From NCBI GenBank assembly GCA_963705505.1, contig CAVPJU010000008.1, forward strand, positions 96,001 to 160,000: a DNA stretch of 64,000 nucleotides. The letters are read 5' to 3'. The DNA is from an uncultured bacterium. GTDB taxonomy: Bacteria; Desulfobacterota_D; UBA1144; Nemesobacterales; UBA2774. Positions 9,576-19,422 of this stretch are shown here, one piece after another; positions within the stretch are counted from its first letter, which is position 1, and every line of letters starts with the position of its first letter. Made by a program: the position numbers and the translations under genes. The notes beneath the pieces are model-generated. The model was not told the origin of the DNA, did not search any database, and was given only the letters and a program-made list of their open reading frames with translations.

Positions 9576-10025
9576 TCAACCGGGTTTCGCGGCTGAGTTT
9601 TTCCCACATCTGCTCAGCAGCCAGGCATCCAGGCTGTACGCCATCGGGCCCGCAAGAAGTATGATGATCGAGCTCACCATCATGCTGAAGGGATATGAAG
9701 CGCCAGTTAGGAAGCCATTTGGAAGTGTGACGAGTGTCGCGACGAGCATATTGATCATTATGGCGAAAGCCGCCGGACGGGTGAGGAGACCGACGATCAG
9801 CAGAAACCCGCCTATGAACTCGGTATAGCAGCTCAGGTAAGCGAGGATCGGGTGAATGCCCATCTTCGAGACGAAGATATCTATGGTGGCTTCGATTCCC
9901 ATGCCGCCGAACCATCCAAACACCTTCCCGGCGCCAGCCAGGAAGAGGATGATACCAACAGTCAACCGCAGCAAAAGAAGCGAGACATCAAGTAGTCTGG
10001 TATTCGTTGCGGTTAATAGCTTCAT
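9576..10025 (-). CDS. DoxX family membrane protein
   Basis: LLLLRLTVGIILFLAGAGKVFGWFGG, EFIGGFLLIVGLLTRPAA, GPMAYSLD. Confidence 0.9.
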   Translation of the reverse strand: MKLLTATNTRLLDVSLLLLRLTVGIILFLAGAGKVFGWFGGMGIEATIDIFVSKMGIHPILAYLSCYTEFIGGFLLIVGLLTRPAAFAIMINMLVATLVTLPNGFLTGASYPFSMMVSSIIILLAGPMAYSLDAWLLSRCGKNSAAKPG

Positions 10026-10211
10026 ATGGCGATCCTCCTGATTCGAATATTTTTTTCTCCCGGTCGGGAAATAATACGTTTTTCATTGTCTAACCTCCTA
10101 TAAGCAAAACTAACCCGCGGTTAGGTTGGCTCTGGCATGGGTGCGTCGAGAAACGCCTCGATCATCGAAACCAGCCAATCGGAGCAGCTTACTTACAACT
10201 TTTATATTAAC

Positions 10212-10589
10212 TCATTTCTCTTCGAGAACGGACAAAATATTTCCCGCGGGGTCTTTGAACCAGGCAATATATGGACCGCCATCACGGAAAATACCTTTTT
10301 CGTCCGTCTTGAGCTCGTCTTCATCATATATTTCAAAACGCACTCCCCGCTTATTTAACTCTTTTACGGCTTCTTCGATATTATCTACCGGGAAGTTAAG
10401 AATTGTGTGAGTTGCCGGAGTATGGTTAGGCTTGGGGTATATCAATATCATACAGCCGCCTGCAATGTGCAGATGCAACAGGCCATGCATTTCCGAAACC
10501 TCCAGCCCGAGTGTCCGGCTGTAAAACTCTTTGGCTTTTTGTATGTCGTTTACTGAAAAGCTGCTGAATGCTTTGGTGTTTTTGAACAT
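10212..10589 (-). CDS. VOC/glyoxalase family protein
   Basis: [40 protein letters not shown]. Confidence 0.92.
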   Translation of the reverse strand: MFKNTKAFSSFSVNDIQKAKEFYSRTLGLEVSEMHGLLHLHIAGGCMILIYPKPNHTPATHTILNFPVDNIEEAVKELNKRGVRFEIYDEDELKTDEKGIFRDGGPYIAWFKDPAGNILSVLEEK

Positions 10590-10895
10590 TGGTTCTCTCC
10601 TATACTTAAATTTTGTATCAGTGGTTTTTAGAGGGCTCTTGAATTTAAGCTGCTTACCTCATCAACACTCCGCCGTTACAGAGAACCGCCCGGAAGAGCT
10701 GCGGTTTGATCCCGCTTCATCAATACGACGAACAAGCAGGCGAATAATGGACAGTTTAATCGATTTTTTTCGCCGCCCGGGACTTTTTATGAGCCGCGAA
10801 CCTGCCGGGACAGAAGAGGACTAAAAAACCCCTTACATTATTAATCCGTAAGTGTTAAAATGTATGTACATATATAGGCAGCGGAGGTGATTTAC

Positions 10896-11054
10896 ATGAG
10901 GGAGGACATAGATATAAGACTTCTGGATTACTACTACTCCTACATTTCCAACCTAAACAACCCTGTGAGCGATTCCGATAGGCAGGAGAAATCGGAATCC
11001 GACCCTACTAAAACCGAGGAAAAGCAATCGCCCGGATCGAGCGATAAACATTAA
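10896..11054 (+). CDS. Small hypothetical protein (52 aa)
   Basis: GGAGGTGA Shine-Dalgarno 5 nt before the ATG; MREDIDIRLLDYYYSYISNLNNPVSDSDRQEKSESDPTKTEEKQSPGSSDKH*. Confidence 0.5.
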   Translation: MREDIDIRLLDYYYSYISNLNNPVSDSDRQEKSESDPTKTEEKQSPGSSDKH

Positions 11055-11116
11055 GCTCGTATTCAGCTACAAGTTTCCCACACTCGCAATGACTGTTCCA
11101 GGTTCGTTCCATTTAC

Positions 11117-11705
11117 TCATGGAGTAATATCGTTCTCGACCCTTATAAAATCTACGGGCAAATCACGCCTCGGGACAGAAACTATATCGAACGGGAACCC
11201 CGGAGCAGGTGTAGGTATGTCGCTTATGTCGTCTCTTATGACGACAACGAGCTCAGTGTCAAACTCCAGAACCGCTTCTATAGCAGTACCGAACTCAGCG
11301 AAATCCCGAGTTGAAACAAGAACCATGTTATTAGAGAAATCCACGTTCGGAAGCTCGAAGAAACTGAAGAAACAACTGTTTCTGAACCTGTTCCAGTCCT
11401 CAGTCGTTTTAATTACCAATTGACTCTGCTCAAACGGACAATCCGTAGAATCTCGGATCGAAGATAGCAACCTCGTTTAAAATATCATCGATATTCAGGT
11501 CCCCTGCAAACCCCTCCATCCCCTCCTCTTCCGCTATAACTTCTTCTGTTGTTTGGTCGGTTACAACTGTGGTGTTCCCACCAGCATTCGCATCGAAGCA
11601 TGGGTCAGAAGAAGTCAGTATATAGCAGAAATTTTGCGAGTCGTTCTCGTCATTACACCCAATCATCAAAAGGATGAACGGAATAACGATTAAATATTTT
11701 TTCAT
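11117..11705 (-). CDS. Lipoprotein with PrcB-C-like domain, frameshifted near 11470
   Basis: MKKYLIVIPFILLMIGC lipobox at 11705. The distal frame has VIKTTEDW...LPNVDFSNNMVLV...PFDIVSVPR, resembling PrcB C-terminal domains. Confidence 0.55.
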
Positions 11706-11900
11706 CTTCTGCCGCCCCCGCAAAGAAGCAAAAAGGATTTTTATGGCCTCTGAACACGTAGATAGTATCATTTATGAATCAATAATTCAAAATCTATTTA
11801 GTTTTAACATATAACACATCGTTCCCGCAAAAAAACTGCATAGAATATGGTATCTTATGTAAGACAGAAATCCCTAAATAAGAGAGGTTAAGATTCATTT

Positions 11901-12434
11901 ATGGAAGAAAAAATAGACCCTTCATTCATCCTCTACGCCGCATGCAGCGTGGACGGTTTCATAGCCCGGGAGGACGGCTCTGCCGACTGGCTCTCCCAAT
12001 GGGACCCCTCCGAGGCCGGATACAACGACTTTGTCGATTCCGTCGAGGGGCTGGTGATGGGTGCCAAAACATACGAGCAGGTACTGACATTCGGAGACTG
12101 GCCTTACGGAGATAAACCCTGCTTCGTCCTCTCGAATCAAGCCCGGAAGCCCGTCCGGGATTGCATCGAGTTCTTTGCCGGGAATGTCGATGAGATCGTC
12201 AACCTCCTGCGTGATAGGGATTTGAAACGCATCTGGATCGTAGGCGGGTCCAGCATCTACACCCAATTCCACAGGAAAAAACTGATCGACGATTACTTTA
12301 TCGCGACAGTACCCGTCTTACTCGGCTCCGGCATACCTATCATCCAGGCATGCGATATGGAAGTATGGCTCAGGCTCATAAGCAGCCGCACTTTCGCTTC
12401 GGGTCTCGTACTCAACCATTATCAATCAATTTAG
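11901..12434 (+). CDS. Dihydrofolate reductase/RibD C-terminal family protein
   Basis: YAACSVDGFIA, VMGAKTYEQV, IWIVGGS, PVLLGSGIP. Confidence 0.9.
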   Translation: MEEKIDPSFILYAACSVDGFIAREDGSADWLSQWDPSEAGYNDFVDSVEGLVMGAKTYEQVLTFGDWPYGDKPCFVLSNQARKPVRDCIEFFAGNVDEIVNLLRDRDLKRIWIVGGSSIYTQFHRKKLIDDYFIATVPVLLGSGIPIIQACDMEVWLRLISSRTFASGLVLNHYQSI

Positions 12435-12560
12435 CAATCTCTGCGAAATCCCTCGGTGTAAGTTTATTAACAAACCATCCCGGCTTTGCCATATCGGTAA
12501 TTGCCAAAGCACCTTCCCAATTCTATAATCCAAAGAATCTGATAAATCGGAGGTGTCATC

Positions 12561-13256
12561 ATGTTCGTCAGTCACAGGGAGAGGCACCGTACGCAGCGCA
12601 TAGGCTGGCTCCGCGCGGCTGTTCTGGGCGCTAATGACGGAATCGTTTCGACGGCTAGTCTCGTGGTAGGCGTTGCGGCATCACATGCCACGCACAGTGC
12701 CGTTTTGATTGCTGGTGTCGCGGGACTGGCAGCCGGCGCCCTGTCCATGGCCGCAGGTGAATACGTGTCCGTAAGCTCGCAGGCGGACACCGAGCGCGCC
12801 GACCTCGAGCGTGAGCGCACGGAGCTCGCTACCGATGTGGAAAGCGAGCGGGATGAGCTCACTTCGATATACATAGACCGTGGACTCGAACCCGCGCTCG
12901 CGAGAGAGGTAGCTCTTCAGCTCATGGCGAAAGACCCGCTTGCGGCGCATGCCCGGGACGAGCTCGGCATCTCCGACATTGTAAGCGCGCGTCCCATACA
13001 GGCCGCTCTGACGTCCGCAATAACTTTCGCCGCGGGCGCCGCGCTGCCGTTGCTGGCCGTTATCGTTTCACCGCTCGCTTATGCAGTCCCTATTGTTTCG
13101 GGGACGTCTCTTTTATTTCTCGCGCTCCTCGGCTCATTAGCCGCCTACACCGGCGGCGCCCCGGTTCTGACGGGCGCGGTGCGCGTAACGTTCTGGGGAG
13201 CTCTCGCAATGGGGCTCACGGCGGGAGTCGGCGCTCTTTTCGGAACGGCTGTCTAA
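12561..13256 (+). CDS. VIT1/CCC1 family Fe/Mn transporter
   Basis: WLRAAVLGANDGIVSTASL, SMAAGEYVSVSSQ, AHARDELGI. Confidence 0.95.
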   Translation: MFVSHRERHRTQRIGWLRAAVLGANDGIVSTASLVVGVAASHATHSAVLIAGVAGLAAGALSMAAGEYVSVSSQADTERADLERERTELATDVESERDELTSIYIDRGLEPALAREVALQLMAKDPLAAHARDELGISDIVSARPIQAALTSAITFAAGAALPLLAVIVSPLAYAVPIVSGTSLLFLALLGSLAAYTGGAPVLTGAVRVTFWGALAMGLTAGVGALFGTAV

Positions 13257-13287
13257 GATTCGCTAGCCTCGATGAACCGCGTGCTCC

Positions 13288-13725
13288 TCAGCTTTCGGTC
13301 ATCGACCAGATAAGCGCGAGCACCTCGGTTACGTTCACCACGGACCCGCCGCCGATGTCAGCCGTGTGGACTTCGATCGTCTCGCCGAAAATGTTGTATA
13401 TCGGCCTCTCGGCAGTTCCCTGAAGGCTGTGCCTCAACAGGTCTATAGGACGCTCCGCGTCGCCGTAATCCTGATGCCAGGAATTAAATACGACCATGTC
13501 GTGAGTAGTTTTATGCCGGACGATCGCCCGAGCCTTGTATTTCCCCTCTGCGGGCACCCACTCTATGGTCGAAAACGGCCACAGCTCGTACTCCGTCACT
13601 TCGGGCTGGAAGTTGTAGTTCTTCTTTTCCCCGATCGCGGCAGTGAATTTCAAGACGGCGGAATCGAATTTCGCCCCGCCGATCTTTTTTATCGACATTT
13701 TCGAAATACCGCTCTTACGCGCCAT
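13288..13725 (-). CDS. Hypothetical protein (145 aa) downstream of a c-di-GMP riboswitch
   Basis: ORF with GGAGG RBS; no family recognised. Confidence 0.7.
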   Translation of the reverse strand: MARKSGISKMSIKKIGGAKFDSAVLKFTAAIGEKKNYNFQPEVTEYELWPFSTIEWVPAEGKYKARAIVRHKTTHDMVVFNSWHQDYGDAERPIDLLRHSLQGTAERPIYNIFGETIEVHTADIGGGSVVNVTEVLALIWSMTES

Positions 13726-13832
13726 TGCCTGCCTCCGTTACGGATTTATTTAAGGACAGACCGATTGGGGAGACTGGAAGCAAAGGGAGTAAATCCAGGA
13801 AGGTGCGTGTAGTAGCTCGACTTATTCAGATT

Positions 13833-13920
13833 CACTATAGCAATCCAGCCGCCGTAAACGAGGAGTCCTTAGGCCTGTGACTTTGCGTCCCATTCTTTCA
13901 AATGGTTTGCCCTTCTAGTT
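13833..13920 (-). ncRNA. c-di-GMP-I (GEMM-I) riboswitch
   Basis: Minus strand reads GGGCAAACCATTTGAAAGAATGGGACGCAAAGTCACAGGCCTAAGG...GGCGGCTGGATTGCTATAGT, closely matching the Vibrio Vc2 aptamer, including the GAAA tetraloop and CUAA receptor. Confidence 0.9.
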
Positions 13921-14014
13921 AATAATCATTCTAATACAGGTCCCTTTCCGATGTCAAACGATTTAATATACGAGAGATCTATGCACTGAGTTGGAGATTG
14001 AGCGGGTAATTTTT

Positions 14015-14048
14015 TGGTAGCGTGGGGAGGATTTGAACCTCCGACCTT
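14015..14048 (-). repeat. Duplicated 3' end of tRNA-fMet (att-like, 34 nt, 1 mismatch)
   Basis: TGGTAGCGTGGGGAGGATTTGAACCTCCGACCTT versus TGGTAGCGGGGGGAGGATTTGAACCTCCGACCTT at 14937-14970. Confidence 0.9.
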
Positions 14049-14085
14049 TCCCCGTTCGTTATTTACATGCTGACGCCGCTCTTCT

Positions 14086-14373
14086 TCATCGTCCCACCGA
14101 GCGGCCGCGGTCAATTTCAGAAAGTATATGAGCAGCCGCCGATTCCGCCCAATTTTCGGTGAGAGGTGCTTCTGTAAGCCATTTGGTCATCATACTCGGC
14201 GCGGCGAAGTCCCCGAGCCTTCCGAGGACGTATGCGGCATAAAACGTAGCCCACTCCTCATGGCGCACACCATGTAAAATAGTCCGCTCGTATTCGTGAT
14301 GCGCGGCGCCTGCCGCTTTCAGTGCTTCCGTAAGCCCTTCTTTGGTCGGTAGATTAGTCGTCGATTTGGTCAC
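14086..14373 (-). CDS. Hypothetical protein (about 95 aa)
   Basis: Likely GTG start at 14373; AAGAAHHEYE...WATFYAAYVLGRLGDF; lies between the two tRNA 3'-end copies. Confidence 0.55.
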   Translation of the reverse strand: MTKSTTNLPTKEGLTEALKAAGAAHHEYERTILHGVRHEEWATFYAAYVLGRLGDFAAPSMMTKWLTEAPLTENWAESAAAHILSEIDRGRSVGR

Positions 14374-14404
14374 GAGGGAATAATAACCGATGTAGCCCCG
14401 AAGG

Positions 14405-14420
14405 TGGTAGCGGGGGGAGG
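14405..14420 (-). repeat. Second, shorter copy of the tRNA-fMet 3' end (16 nt)
   Basis: TGGTAGCGGGGGGAGG is identical to 14937-14952. Confidence 0.75.
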
Positions 14421-14548
14421 CATCGGAATAGAATGAATACACGATACTTAAACATTCATAAATGGATTATCGGACAATATTATATCTCCGGTCCAGCGGG
14501 TAAAATAAATAATTCTGCATATACGGCTCACCGTAAGGAGGGAAAATC

Positions 14549-14764
14549 ATGAAACCGTCCAACCTCGACCGCCTCGTTTTCCGCATCGCCGGGGTTTTCG
14601 TTCTTGCCAGCCTGGCGCTCGGATACTTTGTCCATCCGGCATGGTTTTTATTCACGGCCTTTGTCGGACTGAACATGTTTCAGGCCTCTTTTACCGGGTT
14701 TTGTCCGCTGGCCAAAGTATTGAAGAAAATGGGAGTCAAGACAGGAATCGCATTCCCTGAATAA
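14549..14764 (+). CDS. DUF2892/YgaP-like small membrane protein
   Basis: [37 protein letters not shown]. Confidence 0.88.
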   Translation: MKPSNLDRLVFRIAGVFVLASLALGYFVHPAWFLFTAFVGLNMFQASFTGFCPLAKVLKKMGVKTGIAFPE

Positions 14765-14936
14765 ATTTAAGATAATAAAAAAAACGAACGGAATTGCATA
14801 CCCCGCGCTTTCTCAAAACGTACCGGAAAGGCAGCCTAGTCAAACCTTTACCCATTTTTCATACTTTGTTACTGACACATCCACCGATATTATTAATAGC
14901 TGATAGTTGAAGTACGGCTCAAGTTTCTGAAATTAT

Positions 14937-15013
<77 letters not shown>

Positions 15014-15166
15014 TCAGATTAGGAAGAGTAAGGGTATGGGATATTCCCCCTACTGTCAAGTTTTCCCCCCGGCACACGCAGGATTCTCTTATTTCATTGA
15101 CAATTACGCGTAATAAATATAGATTAAATTAACAGGTGGGATTATTACACTAGAGGAGAATATGAG

Positions 15167-15595
15167 ATGAAAATGTTTAGCGCATTTTTCCTTGCCGCGG
15201 CTGTAATTCTTTCGGTTTCGGTGTTCACCGGCTGCAAAAACGAGAGCACAGTGCAGGAAACCGGTCAGAATCAGACAGAGCTCGAGCAGACACAAAAAGA
15301 GCTCCAACAGATAAAGCAGGACAGCACCGAACTCGATAAATACGTAACCAACCTGAAAACGGAAATAAACAATCTCAAGATCCAAAACCAGAGGCTCATC
15401 GCCCAAACTAAAAGGCTCGAGGCCGAGATAATCGATCTCAAGCTCGATCTCGGGCAAATACCGGCATCCGATTCCGCCAATATGCTGGACAAGGACGCGG
15501 AGCCTGCCGATGCTTCAAAGAATACCGGAACGGAACAGTCAGAACCTGCATCCCAGACGCCCCCCGACGGGGATAACGAGGCCGAGGGAAAATAG
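15167..15595 (+). CDS. Coiled-coil lipoprotein, hypothetical
   Basis: Signal peptide with FTGC lipobox, heptad coiled coil, acidic disordered tail. Confidence 0.7.
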   Translation: MKMFSAFFLAAAVILSVSVFTGCKNESTVQETGQNQTELEQTQKELQQIKQDSTELDKYVTNLKTEINNLKIQNQRLIAQTKRLEAEIIDLKLDLGQIPASDSANMLDKDAEPADASKNTGTEQSEPASQTPPDGDNEAEGK

Positions 15596-15626
15596 AAGAA
15601 AATCCACGGGTCGATTCACAAACAGA

Positions 15627-16466
15627 TCAACCTTTCAGGGAAGTTACGGTCTTAAATTCGAGTATCCTGTCAAGCCTGAATGTGCATCTCTCCTTCCGCA
15701 AGTGGCAGAACGCATGGATGTATGTGCTTTCCTTGCCGACGCTTATATCGAAAGGCTCGATGACACGCGTGGTCGTCTCCTCGTTGTAGGCCGATAGATA
15801 CTTTATCCGCAGCTTCCCCCTGACCCTTAAAGCCTGCTCGATCTCGGCGGGAAGCACCAGCTGGTTGCTGATCTCGAGCTCGACCGATTTCCCCTGGAGC
15901 TTGATTATGTCCTTCAACCTCTTGAGCCTGATCCCCCTCCTCCCGAGGTCGGTGAGGAAATACTGGAAGACGTCCCTCGTCGTCATTACGTCGGCCAGCG
16001 CCCTGTGCCCGCTCTCGGCGGGGAGCCCGATATACTTGGCTATCTGACCCAGGCTGTTGCTCGGGAACGTGTAGTACCTCCTCGCTATCCCGAGCGTGTC
16101 TATGACATTGCTTTCGGGGAGCGTGAGCCTCAGGTTGCCCAGCTCCACATTAAGGAACCCGATGTCGAACTTCGCATTGTGGGCGACTATGACCGCGTCC
16201 CTGATGAAGCCGAGCACGTCCCTCGCGATGTCCCTGAAAAAAGGCGCTCTCCTCACCATCAGGTCCGTAATCCCGTGCACGGACACGGCGCCCGGCGGGA
16301 TCGACCTGCCGGGGTTCACGAGCGTCACGAACTCGTCGACGACACTGCCGTTTACCGTCTTTATCACCGCTATCTCGCAAATCCTGTCCCCCTGGGAGGG
16401 GTCGAGGCCGGTTGTTTCTACATCGAGGAAAGCGAAAGGCACTTCGGAAGGGTTCTGGTAAAGCAC
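15627..16466 (-). CDS. DEDDh (DnaQ-like) 3'-5' exonuclease fused to a C-terminal WYL domain
   Basis: FLDVETTGL, VAHNAKFD and HRALADV Exo motifs; IKY...RVIEP...YIHAFCHLRKERCTFRLDRI WYL pattern. Confidence 0.88.
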   Translation of the reverse strand: MLYQNPSEVPFAFLDVETTGLDPSQGDRICEIAVIKTVNGSVVDEFVTLVNPGRSIPPGAVSVHGITDLMVRRAPFFRDIARDVLGFIRDAVIVAHNAKFDIGFLNVELGNLRLTLPESNVIDTLGIARRYYTFPSNSLGQIAKYIGLPAESGHRALADVMTTRDVFQYFLTDLGRRGIRLKRLKDIIKLQGKSVELEISNQLVLPAEIEQALRVRGKLRIKYLSAYNEETTTRVIEPFDISVGKESTYIHAFCHLRKERCTFRLDRILEFKTVTSLKG

Positions 16467-16574
16467 AGCGTACTCCTTTTAGATTGTAAATAGTACCATG
16501 AAAGCCCGGATATTTGAAAGGATATGAATAAAAGGATGAATGGGGTTTTTATTCGGGGATCGTATCAGCGGCCG

Positions 16575-17507
16575 TTAAAGAGCACTCAGTACCTTCTCGC
16601 CGCCTCTATTCAGTATGAGCTCGGCGATACGTCCCCCAAGCTCTTCTGCTTCAGTCACGTCGTCCTCGGAGCTTTCCCTGATTACGATAGTTCCGTCCGG
16701 GGAAGCGAGGATGCCGGTCACTCTCAGAGAATCCCCCTCGACTTCCGCGTGGCACCCGACGGGGACATTGCAGTCGCCCCCGATCCTTCTTAGGAAAGCC
16801 CTCTCGGAGACCCCCGCAGCCCACGTCTCCCAGTGGTTGATCTTTGAGATCAGATCGAGCGTCTCTCTTTCCCCATCCCTGCATTCAACGGCGATTATCC
16901 CCTGCCCGGGCGCGGGCACCATTACGTGAGCGGGTATTATTTCGGCTGCCTCCCCGATAAGACCCATACGACCGAGACCCGCGGCGGCGAGCACTATCGC
17001 ATCGTATTCCCCGCCTTCTTTAAGCTTGCGGAGCCTCGTATCCACGTTCCCCCTTATCGGCGTTATCCGCAGCGCCGGCATCAGGCTCAGCAGCTGTGCG
17101 CCCCTCCTTAGACTCCCCGTGCCGACCCTCGCGTCCTCCGGAAGCTCCGAGAGCCTGAGCTTCCCCTTCGAGACGAGCGCGTCCCTCGGGTCATGTCTTT
17201 CGGGGACGGCTCCAATTATGAGGCCCTCGGGCAGGATTGCGGGCAGGTCTTTCATGCTGTGAACGGCGATGTCTATGGCTCCCGAGAGCAGAGCTTCCTC
17301 TATCTCCTTCACGAACACCCCCTTCCCCCCGATCTCAGCCAGCGGGGAATCCAGGTTCCTGTCGCCCGTCGTTTTTATTATATGGATTTCCGGCCGAAGC
17401 TCCGGGGAAGAGGCTAAGAGGAGGTCCTTTATGAAATTCGCCTGCCAGAGGGCAAGCATGCTCCCCCTAGTTCCAATCCTGAACGCTCGCTTCATCTTCC
17501 TCTTCAT
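16575..17507 (-). CDS. hemC: Hydroxymethylbilane synthase
   Basis: IGTRGSMLALWQA, GKGVFVKEIE, VHSMKDLP, GTGSLRR, RGNVDTRL, GDCNVPVG. Confidence 0.97.
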   Translation of the reverse strand: MKRKMKRAFRIGTRGSMLALWQANFIKDLLLASSPELRPEIHIIKTTGDRNLDSPLAEIGGKGVFVKEIEEALLSGAIDIAVHSMKDLPAILPEGLIIGAVPERHDPRDALVSKGKLRLSELPEDARVGTGSLRRGAQLLSLMPALRITPIRGNVDTRLRKLKEGGEYDAIVLAAAGLGRMGLIGEAAEIIPAHVMVPAPGQGIIAVECRDGERETLDLISKINHWETWAAGVSERAFLRRIGGDCNVPVGCHAEVEGDSLRVTGILASPDGTIVIRESSEDDVTEAEELGGRIAELILNRGGEKVLSAL

Positions 17508-18792
17508 CGGTCAGGAGTATGATTTCGGTCTCGAGCTCGAAGAGCTTCTTTACCGAATCCACGTAGAGCGCCCCGAGCGACGTCGAGGCTTCTTTCTTTA
17601 GGTTGGTGAGCGGGCCGTGCAGGATCTTGCTTATGATACGGGACGCCATCAGCCTGATTACGTCCCTCTCCTTATCGGAATAATTTTCGAGCTTGGCAAG
17701 AGCCCTCTCGACTTCGCTCTTTTTTATCTGCTCGAACCTCTTTTTGAGGTCGATGATCGCGGGGACTACCTTCAGGCCGTTGAGCCAGGACTGAAACGCC
17801 TTTTCCACTTCGATTACTATCTCTTCCGCCTTCTCGGCGTTGTCCTTTCTTGACTTGATATTCTCATCGAGCACGTTTTTAAGATCGTCTATGTCGTAGA
17901 GATATACATCCGCAAGCTCCCCTATCCTCGGGTCTATATCGCGGGGGACGGCTATATCGATCATGAACATGGGCTCGTTGTTCCGCAGCTTGAGGGCTTC
18001 CTTTATATGGTGGGGCTTGATTATAAATTCCGACGCCCCGGTCGCGGTAATGACAATGTCCACGTCCTTGAGGCTGTAAAAAATCTCTTCGAACATTATG
18101 GGCCTTCCGTTGAGCCTCTCGGCCAGCATCGAAGCGTTCTCGAAGTGCCTGCTCGCTATGATAAGATCCCCGACGCCTGCCTTGATTAGGTTCCTCGCGG
18201 CAAGCTCGGCCATCTCGCCCGAGCCCACGAGCAGGACCTTCCTGCGGGTGAGCTTGTCGAATATCCTCTTCGCGAGCTCTACAGCCACATAGCTCACGGA
18301 TACCGCCCTCGCGCCGATCCCGCTCTCCGTCCTCACCCTCTTCGCGACGAAAAACGCCGAATGAGAAAGCCTGTTGAGTATGAGCCCGGCGGTGCCCTTC
18401 AGAGCCGCGGTTTTATAAGCCTCTTTTATCTGTCCCAGAATCTGAGGCTCGCCTACGACCATCGAGTCTATCCCTGAGGCGACTTTATAGAAATGCCTTA
18501 CGGCCATATGGCCTATGGAGACGTAAAGATAAGGAGCGAACACATCCTGAGAAATCGAATGGAACTCGGAGAGGAATTCCTTCACGCTCTCGACGCACCC
18601 GTCGGAGTTCTCCGAAAACGCGTAGACTTCGACCCTGTTGCATGTGGAAACTATCATGCATTCCTCGACATGCTGCTTGGAGGAAAGCATCATAAGCCCG
18701 GATTCGAGCTCTTCCTGGTTGAATGAAAAGCGCTCTCTTATCTCGACCGGTGCGGTCTTATGGCTGAGTCCGACGACTATGATGCGCTGCAT
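17467..18792 (-). CDS. hemA: Glutamyl-tRNA reductase
   Basis: GLSHKTAPVEIRE, STCNRVE, GIDSMVVGEPQILGQ, DIAVPRDID. Confidence 0.97.
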   Translation of the reverse strand: MQRIIVVGLSHKTAPVEIRERFSFNQEELESGLMMLSSKQHVEECMIVSTCNRVEVYAFSENSDGCVESVKEFLSEFHSISQDVFAPYLYVSIGHMAVRHFYKVASGIDSMVVGEPQILGQIKEAYKTAALKGTAGLILNRLSHSAFFVAKRVRTESGIGARAVSVSYVAVELAKRIFDKLTRRKVLLVGSGEMAELAARNLIKAGVGDLIIASRHFENASMLAERLNGRPIMFEEIFYSLKDVDIVITATGASEFIIKPHHIKEALKLRNNEPMFMIDIAVPRDIDPRIGELADVYLYDIDDLKNVLDENIKSRKDNAEKAEEIVIEVEKAFQSWLNGLKVVPAIIDLKKRFEQIKKSEVERALAKLENYSDKERDVIRLMASRIISKILHGPLTNLKKEASTSLGALYVDSVKKLFELETEIILLTDEEEDEASVQDWN

Positions 18793-18867
18793 CCGAATGG
18801 TCCCGTGTATTACAGTCTCAGGTGTTAATTATATACGACCTTCATATTATTTCTATCCCCGCCGCCA

Positions 18868-19422
18868 TCAGCCCTGCTTCCCTATAAAACTCAGGAATTC
18901 GCCCCTCGTCCTCTCGTCCTTCTTGAAAGCCCCCCGCATCGAGCTCGTGATCATGCTGGCGTCGGCTTTCATGATCCCCCTCATCGCCATGCAGAGGTGG
19001 TGAGCCTCCGCCACTACAGCGACCCCGAGAGGGTCAAGCTCCTCCATTAGGAAGTCCGCTATCTGCGCGGTCATCCTTTCCTGCACCTGGAGCCTCCTCG
19101 AAAACACCTCCACTATCCTCGGTATCTTGCTGAGCCCGACTATCTTCCCGTTCGGTATATAGCCGACGTTGCACTTCCCGAAAAAGGGGAGCATGTGGTG
19201 CTCGCAGAGGCTGTAGAACTCTATATCCTTCACGACGACCATTTCGTCGTACTCTATGTCGAAGAGGGCTTCTTTGATTATATCGTGGGGTGAGCTCTTA
19301 TATCCCGAAGTAAGCTCCTCGAACATCCTCGCCATCCTCACGGGCGTGTCCCGGAGCCCTTCCCTTTCCGGGTCCTCACCTACCTGAATAAGTATCTCCC
19401 TTACGGCGTTCTCAACGCTCAT
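18868..19422 (-). CDS. folE: GTP cyclohydrolase I
   Basis: GEDPEREGLRDTP, SLCEHHMLPF, GLSKIPR, RRLQVQER, HLCMAMRG. Confidence 0.97.
   Translation of the reverse strand: MSVENAVREILIQVGEDPEREGLRDTPVRMARMFEELTSGYKSSPHDIIKEALFDIEYDEMVVVKDIEFYSLCEHHMLPFFGKCNVGYIPNGKIVGLSKIPRIVEVFSRRLQVQERMTAQIADFLMEELDPLGVAVVAEAHHLCMAMRGIMKADASMITSSMRGAFKKDERTRGEFLSFIGKQG

Noticed and set aside
13833..13920. cGAMP-sensing (GEMM-Ib) riboswitch variant
   Set aside because: The discriminator position equivalent to Vc2 nucleotide 20 is G, not A
14015..14048. A second tRNA-Met gene
   Set aside because: Only the T arm and 3' acceptor strand are present; there is no anticodon or D arm
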